Assembly: GCF_000175255.2 (NCBI RefSeq)
Contig: NC_017262.1
Span: 1,590,001 to 1,622,000 of the forward strand
Length of the DNA stretch: 32,000 nt
Direction: 5' to 3'
Source: Zymomonas mobilis subsp. mobilis ATCC 10988
GTDB taxonomy: Bacteria > Pseudomonadota > Alphaproteobacteria > Sphingomonadales > Sphingomonadaceae
Shown: one piece after another, positions 1-8,136 of the stretch
Layout: every line of letters starts with the position of its first letter
Position numbering within the stretch: position 1 is the stretch's first letter
Notes under the pieces: generated by a model
The model's input: the letters and a program-made list of their open reading frames with translations, nothing else
Databases searched by the model: none
Told to the model about the DNA's origin: nothing
Position numbers and translations under genes: made by a program

Positions 1-120
1 GGTATTCGCCATGACTGCGGTGATAAGGCCGGATTTATTCAGGCAAATGTTGCGTTAGCCTTGGAAAGACCTGATATAGGCCCTGCGGTTAGAGACTATC
101 TACATCGCCAAAATTTTTAA
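1..120 (+). CDS. galU: 3' end of UTP-glucose-1-phosphate uridylyltransferase (GalU-like), truncated by the window edge
   Basis: Frame 1 is open from base 1 to TAA at 118-120 and reads GIRHDCGDKAGFIQANVALALERPDIGPAVRDYLHRQNF. The DCG-x-K-x-G-(F/Y)-x-x-A-x-V block is typical of GalU C termini (E. coli GalU ...YDCGKKMGYMQAFVKYGL..., from memory). It is absent from the ORF track because no start codon lies in the window. Confidence 0.55.
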   Translation, partial: GIRHDCGDKAGFIQANVALALERPDIGPAVRDYLHRQNF

Positions 121-155
121 TCTAATGGATTAAGCCTTCTTTTCCTGACAGTAAG

Positions 156-1178
156 ATGGCCTCACAGAGGTTGGCAAAGAAGGCTGACCTTTGTCAGGGG
201 CTTGTTGTGGAAATTAAGGCTTATCTCATTCGAAAAGATGGAAGCGTCGATGACATCAATGTCGAAAAGCTTTCATCTCTTCTCCCTTATGACAGCACTG
301 ACAGTTTTATCTGGATACGCCTTCAAGACAAACCGGCGGCGGTTGCTGAATGGTTGAGGCACCATACCCAGATTATAGAACCAACGATTTCAGCTCTAAG
401 TGCTGTTGAGACACGTCCTCGTTTTCAGATTATCGATTCTGGTGCCCTTATTAACCTTCGTGGTCTTGGTATTACGCCAAAAGATGACCCTGACGGGCTG
501 ATATCCATCCGTCTTTGGGTCGAACATTCTGTGGTTATTTCCGTCTGTTTTGATGTCTTGGCGGCTAATAATTCCATTATTGATGCCATGAATAAGGGCG
601 CGATCCATGACCCCGGCGATTTAATTGCCCTGATTGCTGAAAAAGTATCTGATACGCTTGATCCTGTCGTCGCCGCTTTGGGAGACCGGGTCGATAATTG
701 TGAAGCCCGTCTTAGTTCGGATGATGCTTGGGAAATGCGCCGGATCATTGCTTCGGTGCGTTCACAGGCCATCAGCTATCGCCGCTTTGCGACACCGCAG
801 CGTCAAGCCCTCGAAACAATGGCCAATTCTCATCTAGCTTGGTTAGCGGATGATGACCGTATTCATCTGCATGGGGCGGCTGATTGTTTTGCCCGTATGG
901 CTGAAGAATTGGAAGCTATCCGAGAGCGCGCCGCTTTATTGCACGAACAACTAACCGATCTTCGGTCAGAACAAATAGATACACGCGGGTTATTACTTTC
1001 TATTGTTGCCCTCATCTTCTTACCCTTGACGTTTTTAACCGGATTATTGGGTATGAATGTTGCTGGTATCCCTTATGCCAATGCGCCTTGGGCATTTAAT
1101 GGGGTTATTGCAATTTGTGTCTTAATCGCGGTGGCTATCACGCTTTATTTTGTCCAAAAACAGTGGTTTCGTCGTTAA
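156..1178 (+). CDS. zntB: CorA-superfamily divalent metal transporter, ZntB-like
   Basis: 340 aa with a large soluble N-terminal domain and two C-terminal TM helices. The first helix ends in the family signature GMN (FLTGLLGMNVAGIPY). The length fits ZntB (about 327 aa) better than CorA. Confidence 0.8.
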   Translation: MASQRLAKKADLCQGLVVEIKAYLIRKDGSVDDINVEKLSSLLPYDSTDSFIWIRLQDKPAAVAEWLRHHTQIIEPTISALSAVETRPRFQIIDSGALINLRGLGITPKDDPDGLISIRLWVEHSVVISVCFDVLAANNSIIDAMNKGAIHDPGDLIALIAEKVSDTLDPVVAALGDRVDNCEARLSSDDAWEMRRIIASVRSQAISYRRFATPQRQALETMANSHLAWLADDDRIHLHGAADCFARMAEELEAIRERAALLHEQLTDLRSEQIDTRGLLLSIVALIFLPLTFLTGLLGMNVAGIPYANAPWAFNGVIAICVLIAVAITLYFVQKQWFRR

Positions 1179-1386
1179 AGCCACAGAATGCCACTATAAA
1201 TGTGCCGATTTTTTCTTTCTATTGGCTATTTTCTCAACAGGTGATTATTGCATTCATAAAGGAAAATCGAAAAGTCTTGGATGTAAATCCGATGAATAAG
1301 ACGTTGATTTTTCATTTTTTTTAAATGCTATATCTTGGTAATATTGGAAGCATTGTGCTGACATCAAATAGAGGGGGCTTTCGCAG

Positions 1387-2895
1387 GTGAAGCACAAGTA
1401 TTTATATCGATCTTTTCTGTTTCAAGCCTGTTTTTTGTCAGCCATGCCTTTGTTCGCCCAAAATGTGATGACGAATGAAGCCGTTTCCGCACCGCAAACC
1501 AATGCCACCGGCAATGGACAGACAGCGAATGCTCCTCGTCCACAATCGCGCCGCGAAAATCTTAATTTAACGGAAAAACAGACCGCCTTTCTCAATCATT
1601 TGCTTGATAAGGCTGGGGATGATGGTCTGATCGGCGAGAAAAAAGAGGCCACTGCCCATCATTTGACGGGTGAAAGCCTGATTTCTGCCAGTCTTGATTA
1701 TGCGCGTGCTATTCACAGCGGGCGACTCTCTGCCAGTGATTTCGACAAAAATTGGGGTATGAAACCGGATCCTTACGATCCGTGGCCTGATTTTAAAAAC
1801 GCAGTTAATAATAACACTTTAGGCGACTGGGCTGCCAATTTACCGCCGCCTTACTCCGGTTATGCCGGTTTAAAAAATGGCCTGATCTATTATCGTGCTA
1901 TCGCTGAAAAAGGCGGTTGGCCGGTTGTCCCGACGGGTGCTGATCTTACGGTTGGTAGCGATAATCCACGGGTAAAAACTCTGCGTCGGCGAATCGCTAT
2001 CGAAGACAAAGAATTACCGGATAACGGTTCTTCCCATTTTGATGCCGCTTTGAAGGCCGCTGTTAAACGAGCGCAGCAGCGTTATGGTCTCAATCCGACT
2101 GGGGTTGTTTCCGGTCAAACGTTGCAGGCTTTGAACCAGCCGGTGAAATCGCGAATCCATCAAATTATGGCGAATATGGAGCGCTGGCGTTGGCTACCCC
2201 GCAATTTGCCGGAAAATCGTATTCAGGTGAATGTTGCAGCGGCGGTTTTAACCCTGTTTGAAAAAAATCAGCCTGTGATGTCGATGAAAAGCGTAACGGG
2301 GCGTCCGGGGAATGAAACCCCTATGCTGCGTTCGACCATTTACAGCTTGGTCATCAATCCCCCTTGGAATGTGCCGGATTCTATCGCCAAGAAAGAATTA
2401 TGGCCAAAAGAGAAAGCGCATCCCGGATATTTACAGGCCGCTGGTTTTAAAATTATCGGTGAAAGCGGTCAGGGACAGCGTTTGCAGCAAAAACCGGGTC
2501 CCAGAAATTCCTTGGGTCAGTTGAAATTCGACTTCCCAAATAGCTATTCCGTTTATCTGCATGACACGCCGGGGCGGGGGGCTTTTAGTCGTTATGGCCG
2601 TTTGGAAAGCCATGGCTGTATCCGGCTTGAACATCCGGTGGCTTTAGGAGAGCGTTTGTTGGCGGCTGATCCGGCATGGACAGGTGACCGCCTTCGGAGT
2701 GAAATTGATAAAAACGAAACTGAACGCGTCCGCCTGAAACAACCTGTTGCGGTTTTCCTGTTTTATTGGACGGCTTTTGGTAATGGTGAAAATGCCCTTA
2801 GCTTCAGAAGCGATCCTTATAAATGGGATGAACTATTGGCACAAAAAATTGAAGCTATTGGGCAATCTGTTCAGGGACAATCCAACAATAGTTGA
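1387..2895 (+). CDS. Periplasmic L,D-transpeptidase (YcbB/LdtD-like) with peptidoglycan-binding domain
   Basis: GTG start preceded by agaggggg. N-terminal signal peptide (FLSAMPLFAQN). PG_binding_1-like segment AQQRYGLNPTGVVSGQTLQALN. YkuD catalytic motif LHDTP...SHGCIRLEHP. Confidence 0.85.
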   Translation: MKHKYLYRSFLFQACFLSAMPLFAQNVMTNEAVSAPQTNATGNGQTANAPRPQSRRENLNLTEKQTAFLNHLLDKAGDDGLIGEKKEATAHHLTGESLISASLDYARAIHSGRLSASDFDKNWGMKPDPYDPWPDFKNAVNNNTLGDWAANLPPPYSGYAGLKNGLIYYRAIAEKGGWPVVPTGADLTVGSDNPRVKTLRRRIAIEDKELPDNGSSHFDAALKAAVKRAQQRYGLNPTGVVSGQTLQALNQPVKSRIHQIMANMERWRWLPRNLPENRIQVNVAAAVLTLFEKNQPVMSMKSVTGRPGNETPMLRSTIYSLVINPPWNVPDSIAKKELWPKEKAHPGYLQAAGFKIIGESGQGQRLQQKPGPRNSLGQLKFDFPNSYSVYLHDTPGRGAFSRYGRLESHGCIRLEHPVALGERLLAADPAWTGDRLRSEIDKNETERVRLKQPVAVFLFYWTAFGNGENALSFRSDPYKWDELLAQKIEAIGQSVQGQSNNS

Positions 2896-2947
2896 TTATG
2901 GCAGAGCCAAATTCTTATTCTTTTTTATATAGGGGCATTCTCCAGCT

Positions 2948-3568
2948 ATGAATATGCACAGGTTAATAGCGATGGCCTTAGCCGCAGGGGTCGTTGTTAC
3001 CGGTTGTTCTGATCACCATAAAAAAGCTGATCAAAATCAGGCTGATCATCACACCCCGTTAACTCCAACAGAAATGGAGCAGACGGAACCGCTTAGCAAT
3101 ACCGTGCCAGCAGGGCCGGATATTGGCCCTTTAAGTAGTGCGCCTGCGCCCGAAAAGCCTGTCAGTATGCCGGATGACGGTACCAAAGCGATGACCAAGA
3201 AGTTGCTGAAAGACAAGGTTATTGATCGGGAAAGCGTTGATCTGCCGAAACAAGGCTACGGGAAAACTTCTAAAGACAGCCAGATTATGTCTGATGCGAT
3301 GGCAACCGGCATGACCACGCCGATGACCGCTCATATCAAAGATGGCGATCGTCCCGGCGAACCTTCGGTAAATGCTCAATATGATAATCAGTATCACAAG
3401 AGCGTAAAAGAGCTCTCTCCCAGCAATGTGCTGGAACCAGAAAATAAAGAGAAAAAAGAGGTCGAAGAAAAAGAGCAGGAAAAGAAACAGCTTGAAATAC
3501 AGGCGGCTGAATCGAAAAAAAGCGCCGCTATTGCGGAATCTATTGCACGGGGTGCTCGCGGAAAATAG
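2948..3568 (+). CDS. Hypothetical lipoprotein, largely disordered, K/E-rich C-terminal region ending in Lys
   Basis: Signal peptide plus lipobox (AAGVVVTGCSD). Low-complexity P/T/D and KEKKE segments. It lies 52 nt downstream of the L,D-transpeptidase and is followed by a terminator hairpin. No family recognised. Confidence 0.6.
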   Translation: MNMHRLIAMALAAGVVVTGCSDHHKKADQNQADHHTPLTPTEMEQTEPLSNTVPAGPDIGPLSSAPAPEKPVSMPDDGTKAMTKKLLKDKVIDRESVDLPKQGYGKTSKDSQIMSDAMATGMTTPMTAHIKDGDRPGEPSVNAQYDNQYHKSVKELSPSNVLEPENKEKKEVEEKEQEKKQLEIQAAESKKSAAIAESIARGARGK

Positions 3569-3586
3569 CGCGATCCTGTTGATTTA

Positions 3587-3616
3587 GCCTGACGTTTTGG
3601 CGTCAGGCTTCTTTTT
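3587..3616 (+). terminator. Rho-independent terminator after the lipoprotein gene
   Basis: gcctgacg (3587-3594) pairs with cgtcaggc (3601-3608), loop ttttgg, followed by ttcttttt. The T-run overlaps the stop codon of the convergent yraN. Confidence 0.6.
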
Positions 3617-4001
3617 AATAAAAATCATTTTCATGCCAGATATTATGAAGATGTTTGGGCCAATGCCATGGTCGCCATAAGATGACATCTATTGTTATTT
3701 CATCGTCGGGGCGCATCAATCTGGGGGCAAGAAAACGGGCGGCGGCCACTACCCGTTTTAGACGGTTATAATCAATCGCTTGATCTAAATCTTCTTTTGA
3801 TCGTCTGGTTTTTACCTCGATAAAATTCAAACGCCGACCGCGTCTGGCGATAATATCAATTTCGCCTGATGGCGTTCTGACGCGGCGACCATGTTTGATG
3901 ATATGCCAACCGTGAAATCGTAACCACCAGAGGCTCACGATTTCACCCAACCGCCCCAGTCTTTCAGCCTTTTTTCTTTTTATCCTTCTGTCTTTATGCA
4001 T
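3615..4001 (-). CDS. yraN: YraN-family (UPF0102) endonuclease-like protein
   Basis: GEIDIIARRGRRLNFIEVKTRRS matches the UPF0102 core. I place the start at the ATG at 4001 (MHKDRRIKRKK...) rather than 4097. The longer form would overlap rsmI by about 100 nt and add non-conserved sequence. With the 4001 start, it overlaps the rsmI stop by 8 nt. Confidence 0.8.
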   Translation of the reverse strand: MHKDRRIKRKKAERLGRLGEIVSLWWLRFHGWHIIKHGRRVRTPSGEIDIIARRGRRLNFIEVKTRRSKEDLDQAIDYNRLKRVVAAARFLAPRLMRPDDEITIDVILWRPWHWPKHLHNIWHENDFY

Positions 4002-4881
4002 CAGAAGAAGATTGCTGCCGCAGCTGCATGGCCTGATCATAGAGAGCTTGGCGCGATAAACCCATTTGTTTAGCAACCAAAGCGGCTGATTTCCCAACCG
4101 AATGATCTTTCAGAGCCGTTTCAAGCAAGGCTTTAACTTCATCTTCCCCGATTTCTGTTTTTTTATTCGCAGGGGAAACCAGAATAACCAATTCGCCTTT
4201 GGGCGGCTTTTCTTGATAATGCGTTATCAATTCGGAAAGGGGGGCTGTCTGACATTCTTCAAATTTTTTGGTAATTTCACGCGTGACGGCAGCCTCGCGG
4301 TCACCCAAAATTTGATGCAAGCTCGTCAGAACAGAGATCAAACGCGGGCTTGTTTCATAAAAAATAAGGGTTGCAGCAATGCCAGCCACCTCTTCCAAGG
4401 CTTTTTTTCTGGCATTTTCCTTAGGCGGTAAAAAACCAATAAAAAGGAAACGATCGGAAGGAAGACCGGATAGGGTAAGCGCTGCAATCGCCGCACAAGG
4501 CCCCGGAATGGTGGTGACATAAGCGCCTGATTGGCGGGCATCCCGCACCAATTTAAAGCCGGGATCAGAAATTAAAGGCGTGCCGGCATCCGAGACCAAG
4601 GCAATCGCTTCATGGTTCAGGCGGGGTAAAAGTTGTGGCCTTAAATAATCGGCGTTATGATCGTGATAAGCGATCATCGGTCGTTTAATACCAATATGTT
4701 GCAATAATTTGGCCGTCACCCGGCTATCTTCTACCGCAATAAGATCTGCTCTTTTCAAAATATCGGCAGCTCTTAAGGATAAATCTGAAAGATTGCCGAT
4801 AGGAGTCGCAACAATATACAAGCCGGGTTGTAATTTGTCCGATTGCACATCTTGGGTGTTATCTTGAACAGGTAAAGTCAT
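3994..4881 (-). CDS. rsmI: 16S rRNA (cytidine1402-2'-O)-methyltransferase RsmI
   Basis: Tetrapyrrole-methylase-fold signatures GLYIVATPIGNLSDLSLRA and LVSDAGTPLISDPG. 295 aa is typical. Confidence 0.9.
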   Translation of the reverse strand: MTLPVQDNTQDVQSDKLQPGLYIVATPIGNLSDLSLRAADILKRADLIAVEDSRVTAKLLQHIGIKRPMIAYHDHNADYLRPQLLPRLNHEAIALVSDAGTPLISDPGFKLVRDARQSGAYVTTIPGPCAAIAALTLSGLPSDRFLFIGFLPPKENARKKALEEVAGIAATLIFYETSPRLISVLTSLHQILGDREAAVTREITKKFEECQTAPLSELITHYQEKPPKGELVILVSPANKKTEIGEDEVKALLETALKDHSVGKSAALVAKQMGLSRQALYDQAMQLRQQSSSDA

Positions 4882-4941
4882 AGTCTCTTGTCATGGCAGA
4901 GGAGAGGCACCTACCGCAATGTATAAAAGAATGAGGTCAAT

Positions 4942-6177
4942 ATGAATGTTATTCGCTACCGGTTGAAAAAAAATATCCTTTTTTTATCCGGTTTGTTGTT
5001 AACCACCACGTTAGCAGCCTGCGGAAGTTCTTCCGTCTCTCATCCTAAAACTGCCTCCTCCAATACGCCAAACGCCTCTTCAATCAACAATCCGGCTAAC
5101 CAAAACCAAAATGCTGATAATGGCTTCTCCAATAATGGAGAGAACGCTTCTGATATGCAGCAGATGCAAGCTGTCCATTCGGTAGCAGTTATTGTGCCAT
5201 TATCAGGGGCTTTTGCGAATATCGGTCAATCCATTGCCAATACAGCACAAATGGCGGTGTCTGATCTGGCTGACCGCCATACGGGGATAAAAATCACTTG
5301 CTATGACAGTGCAAAAGGCGCGGCCGAGGCTGTCAACAAAGCTGTTTCTGATGGGAATAAGTTAATCCTTGGCGGGGTTTTCCCCAGCGAAGCCCGAATG
5401 ATGGCACTTGCTGCCCGTAACGCTCATATCCCGATGATTACCTTTTCCAATGACAATAGTTTGGCTGGAAATGGCGTTTATGTGATGGGCTTTTCGGTGG
5501 GTGCTGGTATCCAGCGCGTCGTCAAATATGCTTTGGATCACAAATTATCCCGCTTTGCAGCCCTCCTTCCCAATGGGGTTTATGGCCGGAAAGCCTCGGC
5601 TTCATTGCTGCGCACGGTGTCCAATAATGGGGGCAGCGTCGCGACCCTTTCCAATTATAACCGCACGCCACAGGAAATCACTGACGCTGTGACCAAATTG
5701 GGACAGGATTATGATGCTGTTTTGATTGCGGATTCGCCTCGAATTGCTCGTATCGCTGCGCCTTTACTCGTGAAACAGGATGGCACAAAACCCCAAATAT
5801 TGGGGAGCGAGCTTTGGTCTATTGATAATAATCTTAAAAATGTTCCCGCCCTTTATGGGGCATGGTTTGCCTCTGTGCCGGATGGGATGTTCCACCAATT
5901 ATCTGGCAAATATAAAGCCCGCTATGGCGTTACTCCGCCGCGCTTAGCCAGCCTTGGCTATGATGCTATTTTGCTGGCAGCACGTATCTCTCCGAATTGG
6001 CCTTCTAATGGCGATTTTCCAGAAAAGAAGCTGTTATCACCTAATGGCTTTATGGGCATTGATGGTGCTTTCCGCTTTAATAACCAAGCGATTGCCGAAC
6101 GGGCGTTAGCTGTCGAAAAAGTATCAGCTAATGGTATTGTCGTTATTGACCCTGCACCGACCAGCTTTAGCAAATAA
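4942..6177 (+). CDS. Lipoprotein with type-1 periplasmic-binding-protein fold, LpoA-like penicillin-binding protein activator
   Basis: Lipobox TLAACGSS, then an N/S-rich linker, then a LivK/LpoA-C-like domain (VAVIVPLSGAFANIGQSIANTAQMAV...). It is divergent from rsmI, as lpoA is in E. coli. An amino-acid-binding role cannot be excluded from sequence alone. Confidence 0.6.
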   Translation: MNVIRYRLKKNILFLSGLLLTTTLAACGSSSVSHPKTASSNTPNASSINNPANQNQNADNGFSNNGENASDMQQMQAVHSVAVIVPLSGAFANIGQSIANTAQMAVSDLADRHTGIKITCYDSAKGAAEAVNKAVSDGNKLILGGVFPSEARMMALAARNAHIPMITFSNDNSLAGNGVYVMGFSVGAGIQRVVKYALDHKLSRFAALLPNGVYGRKASASLLRTVSNNGGSVATLSNYNRTPQEITDAVTKLGQDYDAVLIADSPRIARIAAPLLVKQDGTKPQILGSELWSIDNNLKNVPALYGAWFASVPDGMFHQLSGKYKARYGVTPPRLASLGYDAILLAARISPNWPSNGDFPEKKLLSPNGFMGIDGAFRFNNQAIAERALAVEKVSANGIVVIDPAPTSFSK

Positions 6178-6198
6178 TCAAAAGATATATTGAAGATT

Positions 6199-6239
6199 CC
6201 GGATATTTTTCTGTTTCTCGAAAGATATCCGGTTCTTTT
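6199..6239 (+). terminator. Rho-independent terminator after the LpoA-like gene
   Basis: ccggatattttt (6199-6210) pairs with aaagatatccgg (6221-6232) with one G-U pair. 10-nt loop, followed by ttctttt. Confidence 0.65.
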
Positions 6240-6413
6240 GGTTGATTGATGACACCCAATTTTAAAGCATACCAGTCTTCAACCATTTCATGATAATTTT
6301 TGTGGTCGTATTTTCAGGTTATAGGATTAAAAGCGCTGTTTTTCTGTTAAAAGGAGGCCTGTGACTGAAAGAGTCCCGTTTCCTTGAGTGAAAAAATATT
6401 ATAGAGGCAGAAT

Positions 6414-7454
6414 ATGGCCTCAAAATTTTCTCGTTCCTTGGTAATAGCCCTGACCGCTATTGCGATTTTACCCATGGCTGGTTGTGCCGGTCGGGGTAAA
6501 AAGAAGACTGATACCCGTTATGTCGCGCGGGATGTGGATACGCTTTATAATGCCGGCAAGCAAAGTCTGGACAGTGGTCAATATAAGGCTGCTGCGGCTT
6601 TCTTTGACGAAGTTGAGCGACAGCATCCTTATTCGATCTGGGCGCGCCGTGCCCAGTTGATGAGCGCCTTTTGTAATTATCGCGCCCGTAATTATTCAGC
6701 CTCGATCGCTTCGGCACAGCGCTTTTTATCCATTCATACGGGTAATAAAGACGCGCCTTACGCCATGTATCTGGTCATGATGGATTATTATGAGCAGATT
6801 CAGGATGTGAATCACGATCAGCACACCACCCAGCTTGCTCTTGATTCCATGAATGACATTATCCGGCGGTATCCAGATACACCTTATGCCGCCGATGCCC
6901 GATTGAAGATGGATTTGGTTCATGACCATCTGGGCGGAAAAGAAATGGCCATCGGTCGTTTTTATGAACAAAGCCGCCTGTGGCTGGCCGCAACGTTACG
7001 ATTCCGGCGTGTTATTGATGAATATCAGACCACCACTTACGTGCCAGAGGCCTTGGAACGTTTAACGGAAAGCTATCTTGCGATGGGGCTTCGTGTGGAA
7101 GCCCGAAATGCGGCGGCGGTTTTAGGCGCCAACTTCCCCGGATCAAAATGGTATAGTCGCGCTTATCACCTTATCAAGGAACATTACCCGCAAGCCTTTA
7201 CGCAGGTGCATTTAGAAGCACCTCAAAATGATACACCGGATACGGCCAATAATACGGAGGATGACGATCATCCCAAGACGCCATCTGCGGCACCTTCGCA
7301 GGATGATAAATTGACTGTCCCTTCGGATGATGTTGGCAGCCATGATGATCCAGCTGGACAGAGTCCGAGCAATGCAACCTTGCCGCCTATGCCTCCAGTA
7401 TCTGCGCCTTCGGAAAATCCGGCAGGGAATGAAGCGGTTTCTAATAACCCATAA
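6414..7454 (+). CDS. bamD: Outer membrane protein assembly factor BamD (ComL/YfiO) with an extra disordered C-terminal tail
   Basis: Lipobox PMAGCAG. TPR-like BamD body (YNAGKQSLDSGQYKAAAAFFDEVERQHPYS...YAMYLVMMDYYEQ...YAADARLKMDLV). The last 85 aa or so are D/P/S/N-rich low complexity. Confidence 0.85.
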   Translation: MASKFSRSLVIALTAIAILPMAGCAGRGKKKTDTRYVARDVDTLYNAGKQSLDSGQYKAAAAFFDEVERQHPYSIWARRAQLMSAFCNYRARNYSASIASAQRFLSIHTGNKDAPYAMYLVMMDYYEQIQDVNHDQHTTQLALDSMNDIIRRYPDTPYAADARLKMDLVHDHLGGKEMAIGRFYEQSRLWLAATLRFRRVIDEYQTTTYVPEALERLTESYLAMGLRVEARNAAAVLGANFPGSKWYSRAYHLIKEHYPQAFTQVHLEAPQNDTPDTANNTEDDDHPKTPSAAPSQDDKLTVPSDDVGSHDDPAGQSPSNATLPPMPPVSAPSENPAGNEAVSNNP

Positions 7455-7475
7455 AGGATAGCATCCTTTGCCCAT

Positions 7476-7507
7476 AAAAAAAGCCGCCTCAAAGGCGGCT
7501 TTTTTTT
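7476..7507. terminator. Bidirectional rho-independent terminator between convergent bamD and gntK
   Basis: A-run (7476-7482), stem agccgcc (7482-7488) / ggcggct (7494-7500), loop tcaaa, T-run 7500-7507. It is symmetric, so it can serve both strands. Confidence 0.8.
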
Positions 7508-7526
7508 AAAGATGAAGCTAAAAGGA

Positions 7527-8024
7527 TTACTTCCAGCTGGTCATTTCTTTTTTGACGATATCGACGATCGTATCGGGATCGTTGCGAATATCGACAACAA
7601 AAACACCTTCGTCAGCCGTCGGCTCTTCAAGCGTTTCAAACTGGCTATGCAGTAATTTCGGATTGAAGAAATGGCTGGAACGATGTGCCAAGCGATCGGA
7701 AATCAGTTCTTCGCTACCTTTCAGATAGACGAAATGAACATCATGTTTGTCATTTAACAGATCACGATAGACTTTTTTCAAAGCAGAGCAGGCAAAAACG
7801 ACGTCATGTCCAACTGCTTTTTCTTTGTCCATATAGTCGCGGATAGCGCGGAGCCACGGCCAGCGATCTTCATCCGTCAGGGGAATTCCGTTGGACATTT
7901 TGTCCTTATTAGCCTGCGGGTGGAAATCGTCAGCATCCTGGAAATCGCAATGAAGATGCTTGGCAAGATCGGCACCGACCGTGCTTTTACCACAACCTGA
8001 AACGCCCATAACAACGATAATCAT
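7527..8024 (-). CDS. gntK: Gluconokinase
   Basis: 165 aa. P-loop MIIVVMGVSGCGKSTVG at the N terminus and a typical GntK/IdnK body (DDFHPQANKDKMSNGIPLTDEDRWPWL). SD aaggaaa upstream of the ATG. Confidence 0.9.
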   Translation of the reverse strand: MIIVVMGVSGCGKSTVGADLAKHLHCDFQDADDFHPQANKDKMSNGIPLTDEDRWPWLRAIRDYMDKEKAVGHDVVFACSALKKVYRDLLNDKHDVHFVYLKGSEELISDRLAHRSSHFFNPKLLHSQFETLEEPTADEGVFVVDIRNDPDTIVDIVKKEMTSWK

Positions 8025-8090
8025 GACGCTTTCCTTTTTACTAATCTAACAGAAATCTGTTTCTTTACTCGATTGTAAAAGGTCTTTTAG

Positions 8091-8129
8091 AAGGAAGAAA
8101 GGCTTTGGTTAAAAAAGCCCTTCTTCCTT
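8091..8129 (-). other. Intercistronic stem-loop between gntP and gntK (no T-run)
   Basis: aaggaagaaaggcttt (8091-8106) pairs with aaagcccttcttcctt (8114-8129) with one mismatch, loop ggttaaa. On the transcribed (-) strand it is not followed by a U-run, so it is not a canonical terminator. Confidence 0.45.
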
Positions 8130-8136
8130 TGAAATA

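Noticed and set aside
1115-1324. 69-aa ORF overlapping the 3' end of the ZntB-like gene and running into the spacer
   Set aside because: It overlaps a supported gene in another frame and continues through AT-rich spacer. It has no signal or motif and is likely spurious.
3615-4097. The long 160-aa version of yraN starting at 4097
   Set aside because: The first 32 residues would be encoded inside the 3' end of rsmI in another frame and do not resemble UPF0102 N termini. The ATG at 4001 gives a family-typical length.
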